From Macrostomum lignano (lineage: Eukaryota): a stretch of DNA of 64,000 nucleotides. The notes below the pieces were generated by a model. The model was not told the origin of the DNA. It worked only from the letters and a program-made list of their open reading frames with translations, and did no database searches. This document shows positions 49,398-61,800 of the stretch, piece after piece (position 1 is the stretch's first letter; each line of letters begins with the position of its first letter). Where the stretch lies: assembly GCA_002269645.1 (NCBI GenBank), contig NIVC01001896.1, positions 14,487-78,486 of the forward strand, given 5' to 3'. A program made the position numbers and the translations under genes.

Positions 49398-52300
49398 CAT
49401 AGATACTATATAACTAGATAGGTCACTCGGTTAATTTAATCTCACACTACTCTTAGGACCAACTATCAGTAGTGAAAAGTAGCCAAAATAAAAAATCAAT
49501 TTTGCGATTTTCCGTAAAATAGTCCTTTGATAGCAAGAAACTTGATATACATAGCTCGTATGCGCAGTATTCGTTTTATTTACAAAATCAATGTATTTTA
49601 ATTATTATAGTAATTAAATGTATTAGATTCTTATGCTGCTACGCAAAACAAAACAGAACAAAACAGCAGTAAAACTGTACAACTATCAATAATTTACAAT
49701 TATATAGCAAGTTTACATAGCTCAGTTTTCAAAGTCTAATAGCATATTGCAATATTACGAGTACGTACAAAAAGCTAACATTGACATTAACATGCAAGTT
49801 CATATAAAAAACACAAATACCCGCATCATATTGTAAACGCAAAATGTAAAGCTGGAAAAGGATACGCATTAATTTATAATTGCACGCTAACGAATTGTCA
49901 CGCTTCAGTCACAAAGAATGCAATTTTGCTAACTTTTTGGCCACATTGTTCTTTGCTCTTTCGATTCGCAAATTGCGCATTTGTTCTCTGCACCACTGTC
50001 GAAGGCGCAGGCAGGCGAATCCGGCATACACTTTCTGCTGCACAACAGGCTCATGCAACTTGCAGGCTTGCAGCTGAACAGCACTGTCATGAAAATGTGC
50101 AACAATTCTTGTTCTAATTTTCTCTTGCAGTAGCGTCTCTAAAGGAAGACTTGAAAAAATCGCCTCCATTTTTCTAAAAGCTTGCAGGACGTTGTTTGAG
50201 GGAATGATTAACCCTCTGACTGCATGCTGAAAAGCTTTAAAGCCGATGAGCACTCCTGCAGGAGTGCTCGCCGTCAGTTTCGAGCGGCAATCAGCACAAT
50301 TTAGAACCTTGTTTTTTGCGAGAACAAAACCAGCTACGTACTCCAGAGGCTCGTCTAGTTCGGCTCTGGGTGAACTCGAAGCTTGGCCCTTGTTTTTATA
50401 ATTGAAGTCATTGACGAGCTGTAGCTAAGAGTTGGGGGCTCCTGCACCTTATCAGCAGAGTCATCTGCATGCACAGAAGCTCCGAGCTGGCTCAAGTTTC
50501 CTGTGTCGATTGCAGCTGTGCACTCGTCATTCTGGCAGTTCCGACCTTGCGCAGTTGATTGCACCAGTCCACTTGTGGCGATTTATCGAAGTGCGCTAAG
50601 AAATGCTGTGACTTCTGGCTTGTCGTTAAATCCGTTGTGTCCACGAACCAGGCTGAACAAGTTCTGTGGCAATTATGAAAGGATGCACAAAACAAGTTTC
50701 TTTAATCAGTTTTGATTTCTGAATGATTTAAGCTATCCAGTTGCGATTACGAATACTAAACGAGCGTACAATCCAAAATGTTTTAATTTAATAATATACT
50801 TTTGCAATCGGTTTTTTCACAATTGATATAAGCGGTTCTATTTATCGTCTATTATTAATATTTGTAAAACATTAATTTAGTTAAATGCCGGTCTTACAAA
50901 GTCATACCATGAAGAAGTTTAGAAAGCTTATAAAAATACTCACCTCCACATGATCCTGAGTCAATCGTCTAGTACAGACGTAGTCAAAGCCGTCCTTGAG
51001 GATTAGGGATTCCGCCAGCTTTGAGATCGATGCAATTGAAGTCAGCCATCCGTCTTTGAATCTCATAGTCATTTTTGTAGCACGACCGCTTAAAGGGTGA
51101 AATATCCAGCTCTCGACAAACTTGCTAAACTGTTGTAGGCTTGCTAGTTGGTCAAAGAACTTTTCCTTAGAGATGGGCTGCTTATATTCCTTGCCGAATA
51201 CATGAACGGAGTTCAACATGTCGAATACCCTGTCAACCTGATCAGCAAACTCGGCTGTCTGTAGAGCTTCCTTGGGCATCTCTTGGTGATGAACGAGAGT
51301 TTTAATCCCACTGGCAACTGAGTGGCTTAAAACTTGAGCAGCCAACGAGACTTTCATCTTCTGAGCCATTTGCAAATTGAAATGGCTGTCATCTAACTTG
51401 TTTGCCAATCTCAGATGACGACTGCTGTCAATATTATAGAAGCCGACAATGTGTTGCCACTGAGCCACCTTACAACCATCAAATTCGATATTGTTTTTGA
51501 TGAGAGCGTTTCTCAAATTCTTTAGACAATGGGGCACATCAATGACAACATAAACTGATTCCTTTGTAATTGGATGGCACAGAAATGGTCTTTCTGGGCT
51601 TAACTGTTTTGATAAGTATGCCCACTGCGTTGTTTCCTGATCTGCAACAATATTGACAACTCGAATTCCTGCATTATGACTGGCTGTCAAGCACTCGTTA
51701 ATGGCGTTTTTAAATCCTTCCTGACCTAGGGATCTGTGAGCCGGATAATAAGCAATAGGTTGTCTCCAGTCTCGTCTAACACCTCGCAGTACACCAACTA
51801 CAGCTTCATTCACAACTTGAGGAAAACACTTGCCACTGCCTTTGATCTGCTTAGTTGCAGGGTCAAAGCCAACAATCTCGTCGCGATGCTGGTCATATCG
51901 AATTGATGAAGACAGGCTCATGCCATCAAAACAGAGTGTAGCGATGCGTTCATGATCAGGTGCTGTTGACATTTTCTCACACAAGGAGCGCATGGTCAGG
52001 CTGCATACACCATTAGTGCTGAAGAACAGCCGAGTCCGCCTCTTGATCAAAGATTCCGACGGAAACGGCAAAGTCCAGTTGCTTCTTAGCAATCGATAAG
52101 CAGCTGGACTCTTGTGCCGCAGTTGTATCGCCGATGATATGTCTCGGTTGGACCATCGCATGCCGCGATTACGAACACGTTGCTGCTTTAACTTGTTTTG
52201 CATTATTCGGCTAGCAATGCTGCCTGAGCCTGATAGTGTCTGGGCTCGTGCTAGCTGAAGCTGAAGCTTATCTATCGTCGCTCGATGGTTGTCGAGTTGC

Positions 52301-53451
52301 TTTCGCAGCTTTTTTACTTGACTGGGGTTGGAGTAAAATCGCAGTCGCAGCGCTCGATCTCTGTTGAAACATGTAGCTGTCACATCAGGTGCCCGCTTCG
52401 AAGTATCAGGAGCAGCTGCAGTGTCCTCCTCGGCATCCCACCTTGTTAGAACAGGCGGATATAGTTCGTCAGCCTCTGCATCTCTGCATCAGTCCTCGTT
52501 ATCTCCAGCTCGCTTTCAGGCTTTAGCCGGGGCAGCACTAGCAACTTGTTTGGTACTGCATTCCATAGCAAGCGTGCAGAAGCCTCATGCCGCAATGCGG
52601 GGCAGCTGTAAGCCGAATCGTCGAAATGTGCACAGCAGACTTTCAACTCGCGCTTTCGAATCGCTGTAAGCTCTAAATCCAGCTCCAGAATTCCTTTCCA
52701 TCGAGTAGCCACCGCGTCATCTGCCGGGAATCTGTGCATTCGCACTGGAGCTCCAGTATCACCAGTGCATGCTTGTGCTGTGTTTGTGCAAGTGGCTGCA
52801 CAACACCTTTTTGAGCTAAATGTAAAATTTTGCGTGGCCATGGCCCAGCCCTATTATTTTATTATACTCTATGCATGATCTGTGTGAGGAAAGACAAGAA
52901 GCTAGGCTTTGCCAAATGCTCTTAAAACAAACAAAGCAAATGCTATGCTTATATTGAGATTGGTTCACAGACCGCATAGTGCGTACATTATGGCTTGTAC
53001 AGCCCTTAACCCTTTACCACCACCCTCCCATCCTCCCCTCAGTGCGGCTTGGTTTGGTTGGATTTTACTATAAATATTATATAGTATCTATGGCTTTTAC
53101 TAAAGCTAAGACAGCGTAAAAAGCTCTGCTATAGCTAGATGGCTTGCACAGCCCTTGGCCTCCACCCCTTCACCCCCTCCCCCCTCCACACTGCTATAGG
53201 CTAGCAATAGGGTTGAAAAGGAAAGCGTTGACTGGAAATTTAGGCTAGCGAAAGCCTAGCTTAAAGTCAAGAATGTACACTGTAGAAGATGGTACATATG
53301 GTTGAAAACTTCATTTCCGATCGATTTCGTTTTAGTCACTGATAGGAATGTTTCTTATAATTTGCATTTACACTACCGTCCTAAGAGTAGTATCGTTTTT
53401 GGTCCCCACAGCGAGATAGAAAGTGACCTATCTAGTTATATAGTATCTATG
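49398..53451 (-). mobile_element. P-superfamily DNA transposon (4054 bp) with 30-bp TIRs and 8-bp TSD
   Basis: Left end CATAGACTATATATAACTAGATAGGTCACT (49398-49427); right end reverse complement CATAGATACTATATAACTAGATAGGTCACT (53422-53451), 27/30 identical. GTTGCCTT flanks both sides (49390-49397, 53452-53459). Subterminal 14-bp inverted repeat ACTACTCTTAGGAC at 49446-49459 and 53378-53391. Confidence 0.92.
49909..52841 (-). pseudogene. THAP-domain P-element (THAP9-like) transposase, disrupted
   Basis: THAP domain (CAATC...HRFP...W...VCCAHF...AVP), then RNase-H-like core (LCFDGM, VADQ, IDVPHCLKNLRN, KMKVSLAAQVLS, RLTQDHVE), intron 50943-50664 and C-terminus (LEYVAGFV...CADC...GLIIPS). Lesions: 8-bp duplication frameshift at 52475-52490, in-frame TAA at 50585-50583, and a frame change near 50450-50420. 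Confidence 0.88.
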
Positions 53452-54649
53452 GTTGCCTTCAATGAATCTTCGATTCCATTGTGCCTTCCAAGTTTTTTAT
53501 ATCTATCTTAGCCTTAGTTGCCAGCTATAGCTATCTACTACTTGCTCATATGACATATTCGAGCCGTGACTTATAAGCAGACCGAAACACAGAAGACCGA
53601 AAGGTTTTTGTGCATGCCAAGAAAGTGCAACGTCGGAAACTGCTTAACAAACTACACTAAATATAAGGGCCCACCAACGCCAGTGTATTCCTTCCCAAAC
53701 GACTCCCAGGAGCGCGAGCAATGGCGGCTTGCATTGCCGACCCCTTTGACGGTACGTGCATCTATAGTTTATTGGTGTTTGCATGATTCTCACGTATACG
53801 TTATGATGTAACCACGCTCTGGTCGCGGGATAGGGCAGGGGAACTTTTTCAAAAGTGCCTCCTATCGCCGTGCACCGTCTGCACAGAACTGTTGAGACTC
53901 GGCCAGGTCTTTGACCAGGCCTGCAGACTCCAGCTCTGCTGCACCCCCTGCTGTCTTGGCTCCGTCTCCCCTGCCACCACACTTGCCTTTCCGGAGCTCC
54001 CGGTCCCTCTCTGTACCTCCCCTTCTACCCTATCTCCTCTGCGCTCAGCCCTATTCTTCGTGTACTTTTCCTGTCTCCCCTCTTTTTGCCCTTTTTCGCA
54101 CTATTTTCCTGCGCTGTCCCCTCTTTCTCTGCGTCTACTTACAGTATTTTGCGCGCTCACCGTCACCCCATCCCTTCTCAAACTCCCAAACGGTGACGCA
54201 TGTCATGTGATCCCTCCTTCCCCTCGATGACTCATCGATGACTCATCCCCCTCTCTTGCGCAACCTTTTCTCATGCCATTGTTCTCCTTCCCAAATTTCT
54301 CATGCGACACCCACCCACCTCCGCTTCTATTGTTCTCGTTTTTTATTCTTTTGTTCTCTTTACCCCCACCAATTATCACATTTTCTTCGATTTTCCCTTT
54401 CCATTGTTCTCGTTTTCGCACCTAATTATCACCTTTTCTCCAATGTTTGCTTTTCTATTGTTCTCAATTCTCCCCAATTATCCCCGATTTCCAATTCCTT
54501 TGTTCTCGACCCCAGCCCCATTGTTCTCAATGTTTGCTTGCGCAACACTTTTGCGACCTCCCGCTGCGCCAATTATCCCCCACCCCACCTCCGGATTGCG
54601 CAATTCTCCCATTTCTCATGTTGCTATGCCGTTCTCACGCTTCTCATCA

Positions 54650-54740
54650 TGACTCATTCTGACGTCATTCTGCCGGCAGCCAATCAGAGAGAGGGAGTCA
54701 TGGAAACGACCTTGGAGCGGCGGCTGGGAAGGCTATATAA
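54650..54740 (+). promoter_or_regulatory. LTR-type promoter cluster: AP-1 (54650), CRE TGACGTCA (54660), CCAAT (54680), TATATAA (54734)
   Basis: Motifs read directly and in canonical order and spacing. Two more TGACTCA at 54228 and 54239; downstream splice donor CCG|GTAAGT at 55086. Confidence 0.55.
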
Positions 54741-55030
54741 GGAAGCTGTTTTCGGCATGAGAATCCTTAACCTTCGGGCTCCTCGTCTTTCTTGAGACTT
54801 GCTGTCAGACGTAGCTCTGACCTATTCGTCTATAGGACGAACCTCTGCCGGTCCGCGGTCTGATACCGCCAAGTTACCTTAGCTCCCCAAGTGAGCTCGC
54901 CTATCGGCCAGCGGTCTGATACCGCCCAGCATCATCAGCTTCGCCTGATCTACATCAGCGCCTTGTCGCTTCAGCGCATCGCCGCTTCACTGTCTGCCTG
55001 ACGGCAGCCTACAGCCGCCCCCGGTCACTC

Positions 55031-55034
<4 letters not shown>

Positions 55035-55073
<39 letters not shown>
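55035..55073. repeat. (TC)n microsatellite inside the solo LTR
   Basis: Direct reading. Confidence 0.95.
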
Positions 55074-55077
<4 letters not shown>

Positions 55078-57834
55078 AGCTGCCGGTAAGTTCCTATTAC
55101 TGATTTGTGCTCCAATTGCCTTTGCTTATCCGGGGTTTGCCTATTTTGCCATTGATTGATTAGAAAGCGGAGCCAATTGTGATACCGTAACTTTTTGCTG
55201 TATTTTACTCAATAGTGAAGCCGCCTGATTGCCTGATTCTTTGCCTAAGGGCCTAATTATTAACTATTAACTAACCTCATCATTATTCACTCTTTCACCA
55301 TCATTTAACTCATGGCTTGCTAAGCCTTTCTCCCGGGGTGGCAAAGCATAAGAAAGTTGGGTAAGCTGATGGCCTCTCCCCGTGCAAAGCCCGCCTGTGA
55401 GTGCGTGCTGCGGGCCGTGTGTGTGTGCAGTAGAGGAAATTAGCGAGTCTTGGCACAGAATGGCAGCAGGAAGGTTGCAACCCCATGCTGACGCGTCCCT
55501 TCGCCCTGAGCAATCTAAACTCTAGACAGTACATGTTAACCTCACACTACTCTTAGTAATTAAAGCCGCAAGTCAGCCTCGCTCACAGCCACAAAGGATC
55601 CCCTGCTGAGAAATCCTCCAGATTGAGCCCAGAGTTCCCGATCATTCCCCAAGCAGAGTCCCTGTACTCGGCTGCATGTGTCTCCCCTGTTAGCCTAAAT
55701 CTCCTGGTAACCATCCCAGGCGGGACTCTAGCCTCGAGAGGTCTGGTAGTAAGATCCAGGTGCGCCAGGTCACATAGAGTGGTGGCAGCCACTCGGTCAT
55801 ACTATGACCGAGTGACCAACTATTGCACCTTGGCTACAGGTGGGGTCCATGTGGGTCCTTGGCCCTCTGGTCACAAAGCGCCACCAAAGCTATCAATCAT
55901 GTGGGCGGGACAGTCTGGTGCTGGAGGTCCGTCAGGTCATTGCCCCCTCTGGTAATGTGTTCGTGTCTCAACGGAGCGGACAGGCGACAAGGGCGGTTAC
56001 ATCAGTTATATATTCTACATTGTTTAATATTCAGACCATAACGGATGGTATGGGTATATGTGCAAATCACTTGCCACCAGCTACTCCAATGGTCCGGAAA
56101 GGCCGATTTGGGCGCCCTATGGAACAACCAACTGTTTTTAATGGTGTTTCCAAGTCATACTTTGTTCAGACACAAGGTGAGTGAGATTTAAAAGGCACAA
56201 ATAACTGATTCATATTGATAAATTCTAACGGTGGTCGCGTTGCAGCTCTCGTATGCGATAATCATCCAACAAATAGAAAATGTTTCACTATCTTTAGTCG
56301 TGGTGAGTCGAAACCGTGGATAGGCAGAGATCCTGAACAAACTTCAAGTTTCTTTCTTCTTCATGATGTCGTCCATCTTTTGAAGTGCATCCGAAACAAT
56401 TGGCAAACAGAAAATAATGGTGTAATTTCTCTTTGTCTTCCGGACTCTAGTAAAATTGTCGACGCAAAGTGAACAGATTCAGTGCGCCTATACAATGCGG
56501 AAGCCTCCAATACAGTTAAGCGTACTACTTTACTGCGCGCAGCATGTTTCCCATCTAACATTCAGAAAACCAAGGTAAGCTTGGCTTTGCAGGTATTTAA
56601 TGACAACGTTGCCGCAGCCCTGAAATGTGATGGGTGCACAGATACAGCTGCGTTCATTGAAACAATCAATAAATTCTGGAAGATTATGAACTGCAAGAAT
56701 ACATCGCTGCACAAAAAACTCAATGATCCTGACAGGCGCCCATAGAATGTGTCGATGATTCCAGCATAACGTTTCTCTGTATGTTAGCCGCCTCAATCAA
56801 GGAAATGGGCAGTGGAAAGGGAAGGGCAAGGCATCGAGCACTGACGACGGAAACTAAGACTGCACTGGTGAACACCCTTCGTGCCGTGACTGAACTATGC
56901 GAAGAGCTGCTAAAAGATCCGAGTGTCGTCTACATTTTATCAGCAGAACTTCAAAGCGACCCTCTGGAGGCGGAATTCGGTGTGTATCGCCAAATGAGTG
57001 GCGGAAATTATTTTATCTGCGTTGAACAAGTGCTGCTGAGCGCTCGTCTTCGCAGAATGAAGCTTTACTCAGCGTTGCAATTGGAAGATTTTGTACACTC
57101 CACGGGAAGTTGCTGTACCACTCCTTTGTCAGACGATGAGCTGGCTACTTTGGATAATTGCTACGAAAAAAGTGATGCACTTACAATGAGTGAAAGGGCT
57201 TCTCTCTACTATATCAGCGGTATGCATTTTTGCCTTTTTCTTGATATCAAACACCATCTAAAATAAGTACACGGGCGTACGTCTACACACACCGTCCGTT
57301 TTTACAGGTTATAGTGCATTCAGTGAGTCCATTGAAAGTTCAGCAGTTTCGGGCACTCCCATCAGTGAATTTACTGAAATGGTTTCTCGTGGCAAGCTAA
57401 AGCAGACTGGTTGTTCCACTTCTCTACACTTTGCTATGGGTGCTTCAACAGCCTATGTTTGCCATAGTTTTCATAATGTTTTAATAATGTTGTTTCTTTG
57501 GTGCTTCGTTAAGTAACTATTTTAATCCAGTTTTGCTTGTACTTGCGTACCAAATATAGTTTAATATTCATCTCATTGTAGTCGCGGTGTTGATGCAATA
57601 GTTTACTCTGCAGAATAGTGTAGTGACAGAATCATCAAGAATAGAATTGACATCCGACTGTTGATGATAGAAGCTGTCAGCGATCGCTATAACATTTTAC
57701 TAGTCCTAGTCGTTTAGCTTTTTGCTGAAAACAGACTGTTGCATCATTATTGCATCACGTGTTGTAATAACATTGTATTGTAACATTGTATTGTATCTTC
57801 TGTTCAAAATATACAAATTTTCCTTCGATTTCCT

Positions 57835-58120
57835 TCGACTTTTCCTTCGACTTTATCGGAAAATTGTGTGTTCCTTCGAATCCGACTTCATCGGAAAATT
57901 GTGTGTTCCTTCGAATCCGACTTTATCGGAAAATTGTGTGTTCCTTCGAATCCGACTTTATCGGAAAATTGTGTGTTCCTTCGAAATAAAGAATTTCGGC
58001 AAATCAGGAATTTCGGCAAATCGGGAATCGGCGACTCGGGAATTTCGGCGAACCAGGAATCGGCGAATCGGGATTCGGCGAGCTGGGAATCGGCAAATCA
58101 GGATTCGGCGAATCGGGGGT
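57835..58120. repeat. 35-bp unit x4 (TTCCTTCGAATCCGACTTTATCGGAAAATTGTGTG) followed by a degenerate GAATTTCGGC/GAATCGGG repeat
   Basis: Direct reading. Confidence 0.85.
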
Positions 58121-58694
58121 AAACCGCTGCCTGGTCTCTTCCGGTCGGCAGAGCGGGTGCGGAGTTAAGGAGATTTCTAAAATATTGGCGAAGAATCTCT
58201 TTCGAAAGGTGTCGCTAACGTTCGACAACAAAAGCAGACAATTTTCACCGAGATGAAAGAAATGTGGAAATCCTGAAATCTCTACCTGAGTCCTCAGGTA
58301 GAAATCAGAATGACAATCAAAGTGAGCACATACTTAATCGATTTACACATTGCGAGCCATAAGAAAGAACTGTCTAAGGTCGACATCATTTCTGAGACCA
58401 CTTTTCGAAAACTTGTTAAAATACAGTTTGAGCTTGAACTTGAGCTTGAGCTTAAGCATCGAGTAATCGGACTTTGACACGTCTGAAGTAAATATTTACC
58501 CCAGGGGGACCTGGTCGACACAGCCTTTATATTAAAAAAGGAGAGCACATAGCCGCGGTGTGGGCCTGGTAGCCACTCTGTAGAGCAGGCAACCACGTGC
58601 ACACTGCAGACGACAGCCCAGCTGGTATGTGCTTTCTCGATTCAGGAGTGGCTCAGGTTCCGGTCAGCGACCGCTCCTGATCAGCGGCACTGCT

Positions 58695-58865
58695 GCTGTT
58701 GTTGTTGTTGTTGTTGTAGTTGTTGTTGTGTGTTGTTGTTGTTGTTGTTGTTGTTGTTATTGGTGTTGTTGTTGTGTGTTTTTGTTGTTTCTGTTGTTGT
58801 TGCTGCTGTTATTGTTGTTATTGTTGTGTGTTGTTGTTATTTTTGTTGTTGTTGTTGTTGTTGTT
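58695..58865. repeat. Imperfect (TTG)n/(CAA)n tract at the LINE 3' end
   Basis: Begins 13 nt after the LINE stop codon on the minus strand. Confidence 0.93.
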
Positions 58866-61800
58866 TGCGGAAGGTGGTCTAGGGCTGCCTATGCAGGCAG
58901 TCCAAGAACCTAGCCACCAGATCGCCATCGGCCAAGTCCTCCAGTTGGTGTAGGTCCGTCGCGTGTCGAGCCCTGGCCAGGGCCGGACATTCGAGGAAGT
59001 GGTCCTTGTCTTCTAAGAGGTCGCACCGGAGGCATCTGCTATCCTCCCTAGTGCCTATTCGGTGCTGATAGTACGCCGTAGAAGGATCGTGACCGGCACG
59101 CATTTGAGCTATGGAAACTTGAAGCGCGCGAGGGCGAGCAGGCATCGAGGGGGTCTTGCTGTAGACCCGCTTCAGCCGGTCATTCAGGAGAGGCTTATAG
59201 TTGATGAAACGGCGTATACGGCTTCGGGCGGCCTCGATGTCGATCCCTAGAAGGTCCTGGGGGAGCAGACCGGCGTTCTTAGCCTCGGTGTCGGCTCTCT
59301 CGTTACCGGGAGTCCCAGAATGACCTGGGATCCACTGCAGGACCACGTCGGCGTGGCTCTCCACCTGCGTCAGCTTGCGCTTGAGCGACTCGAGCAGAGG
59401 GTTCAGGGAGTGCTGCCGACCCTTGAGCGCCGCAATGGCCGATTGGCTGTCGGTGAGGATCAGGGCAGAGTCCTGCTTAGTCTCAAGGATGTGGTCCAGG
59501 GCGAGGTGCAGAGCTGAGAGTTCAGCTTGGAGACTTGGAGAGAGTTCAGCTACACCAGCGCCCGGTAGCAGCTCCCTCAATCCAAACCACCTGGCCCGAA
59601 GTAGGGGCGACTGCCACACAGGCTGCCCTTCCATTCTCCGTTCCTTCGGATGCAGATCCGTCAGTGAAATAGTGGATCTTGCGGTCGCCCCATGATTTAA
59701 TGGTGTCTTCCGTCGCTGACCGCCTGGTCTCTGGCGGATCGCTCCTGGAAATCGGCTGAGTCAGGTGTTCGCAAAGGGTGACCCGATCCTCGATTCTCGT
59801 AAGCCAGGGCTTGTTTCTGATCCAGTTCGATTCCCGGCGTGGGCAATGCAGAATCTGCTCAGATTCCAGCTTGGCTTGATCCCGGAGACCTTTGTTAGCT
59901 TTGAGCCTGCGCCGGCTTTGGTCTTCGCAAAGGCTGCGCCAAGGGTCGTGGGCTGGCCGCCGGAGGGCCTTCTCGACAGCCAGCAGGGCTCTTCTGTGTC
60001 CTTCAACGGAAATGGGATCGGTTCCGAGTTCGAGGTAGACGGCCTCCTCCGGAGTGGATTTAGGGAGGCCGGCCACGATTCTGAGCGCTGCCCGTTGAGC
60101 CCGTTCGAGTTCGTTCAACCGGCTTTTGGATAGCTAAGGTAGCCAGGCCGCAGCCGCGTGCCATATGACGGATTCGACCATAGCGGTGTACGTACGCATC
60201 AGTAGCTTGCGGTCCCAGCCCCAGCTCCTTTGTGCTAGCGCTCTCACGATGTTGGTGCGCTTGGCCATCTTTTCTTTGACCGTTTTGACTTGTTGAGCAA
60301 AGATGAGTCCACGGTCAATCCAAATGCCGAGGTATTTGAGCGACTCCGTGAAGCGAAGTTGGGTGCCGGCTAGACGGAGATCAGGTGGCCGGTCAAAGTC
60401 GGCCCGGTTCCTAGAGAAGAGGCACGCCTGGGTTTTAGCTGGATTAACTGAGATGCGGAGGTCTCTGATCCAGGTTTTGATGAAGTCCAGGGCGCTCTGC
60501 AGCTTACTGGTGAGGTTCTGAAGGCTACTGTCGGTAGTCCATAGGCAGAGGTCGTCTGCGAATCCTCCAAGTTGAACTTCAGTTTCAGGGAAGCCAGTCC
60601 AATCATTGACGTAAAGGAGGAATAGAACCGGGGAGCACACCGCTCCCTGGGGAACTCCACTGGTGATGCGGCGCCACTTCCCGGTGGTGTTGCCGATTTT
60701 GGCACGGATTGCTCTACCTTCCAGAAAATTGGCTAGCCAATGCGTCATACGATCGGGCATGTCTTCGTCCATCATCCGATTAATTAGCTTGTCGTGCCAA
60801 ACTGTGTCGAAGGCTTTGGAGCAGTCGAGGGCGATAGCTGCGGTCTTGAGGGGAGGTTTGCGTTCCCACCCGTCTTGGATCGATTGGACCAGACGGGCGA
60901 CCTGCTCCTCACAGCTGCGGCCTCTTTGGAAGCCCGCTTGCCAGTGTTTGAGGATGTTGAAGGTCTCGATCCAGTGGAAGAGGCGGTCTAGGACTATGCG
61001 TTCCATTATCTTGGCGCAGATCGATGTGAGACTGACAGGTCTATAGCTATCGCAGCTCTGCGGGTCTTTGCCGTCCTTCAGGAGGTGCACCACTATAGCT
61101 TGTTTCCAGATGCCAGGGCAGTGGCCAATCCTCCAGCTACGGTTGAAGAGTTTGAGCCAGGCTTCCGTCCAGCTTTCTGGCAGGTGCTTGAAGAAGGCTG
61201 CCTCTATCTTGTTCGGCCCTCCTTTCTTGTTGATGTCCAGGTGGTCGATAGCTCTCACAAGTTCACTCTTGTGAAGGGGGCGTCATAGTCGCTGGCATGC
61301 GGGTGATAGGCACTCAGACGATTGGAGGTGAGTTTCTTGTAGCGGCGATCACCCGGTTGTTGGTCGGGTCTGCAGACCTTGGCAAAGTGTCTGCCAAACG
61401 CTTCGGCCTTTTGTTTGTCAGTCTTACATTCTTTGCCCTGAACCAAGAGGGTCTCGTTGGGGGTCGCCCCGTTATTACCCGTGTTCAAACATTTAATGGT
61501 CCTCCAGACAGCCTTAGGGTCGGAGGAGGAGGAGATTTTGTCGAGGTACTCTCTCCAGAACTGAGCTTTCTTCTCAGCGCACCGACTGGTCAGCTCTTGG
61601 GTCTTCATGTTCCAGTCTTCGACCGGGCCTCCCCGTCTACGGAGGTTGTTCCTCTCATCTCTCAGCAGGGAAAGTTCCTCGTCCCAGAAGGGGCGGTTAC
61701 GAGGGGAGACTTTCTTCAGCGGGATGGATTCATTGGCCGCTTGCTTCATAGTCGTACAGAGCCGGGCAATTTGCTGTTTGATAGTGCCAGTGTTCAAGTC

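Larger units (their letters stand above)
53804..56004 (+). mobile_element. Solo-LTR-like insertion (2201 bp, TG...CA) inside the first intron of the second P-like element
   Basis: Perfect 10-bp terminal inverted repeat TGATGTAACC (53804-53813) / GGTTACATCA (55995-56004). 4-bp TSD GTTA at 53800-53803 and 56005-56008. Removing it leaves a normal 78-bp intron. Internal Pol II promoter motifs. Confidence 0.75.
53614..57405 (+). pseudogene. Second P-like transposase remnant, internally deleted. THAP exons 53614-53751 and 56035-56176; transposase pieces 56215-57219 and 57308-57405
   Basis: MPRKCNVGNC...VYSFP...W joins in phase 0 to ICANHLP...RP..QPTVF (THAP). Then VCDNHPTN, HDVVHLLKCIRNNW, KVSLALQVF, QSDPLEAEFGVYRQMSGGN, YYISG|Y and SEFTEMVSRGKLK. 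TGA at 56470-56472, frameshift near 56740; coiled-coil and first catalytic region are missing. No TIRs found. Confidence 0.8.

Noticed and set aside
53460-57800. Terminal inverted repeats for the second P-like element
   Set aside because: Only weak, near-palindromic matches; ends not defined.
58294-58602. ORF on the minus strand and an open stretch on the plus strand
   Set aside because: No family recognised; may be TE debris.
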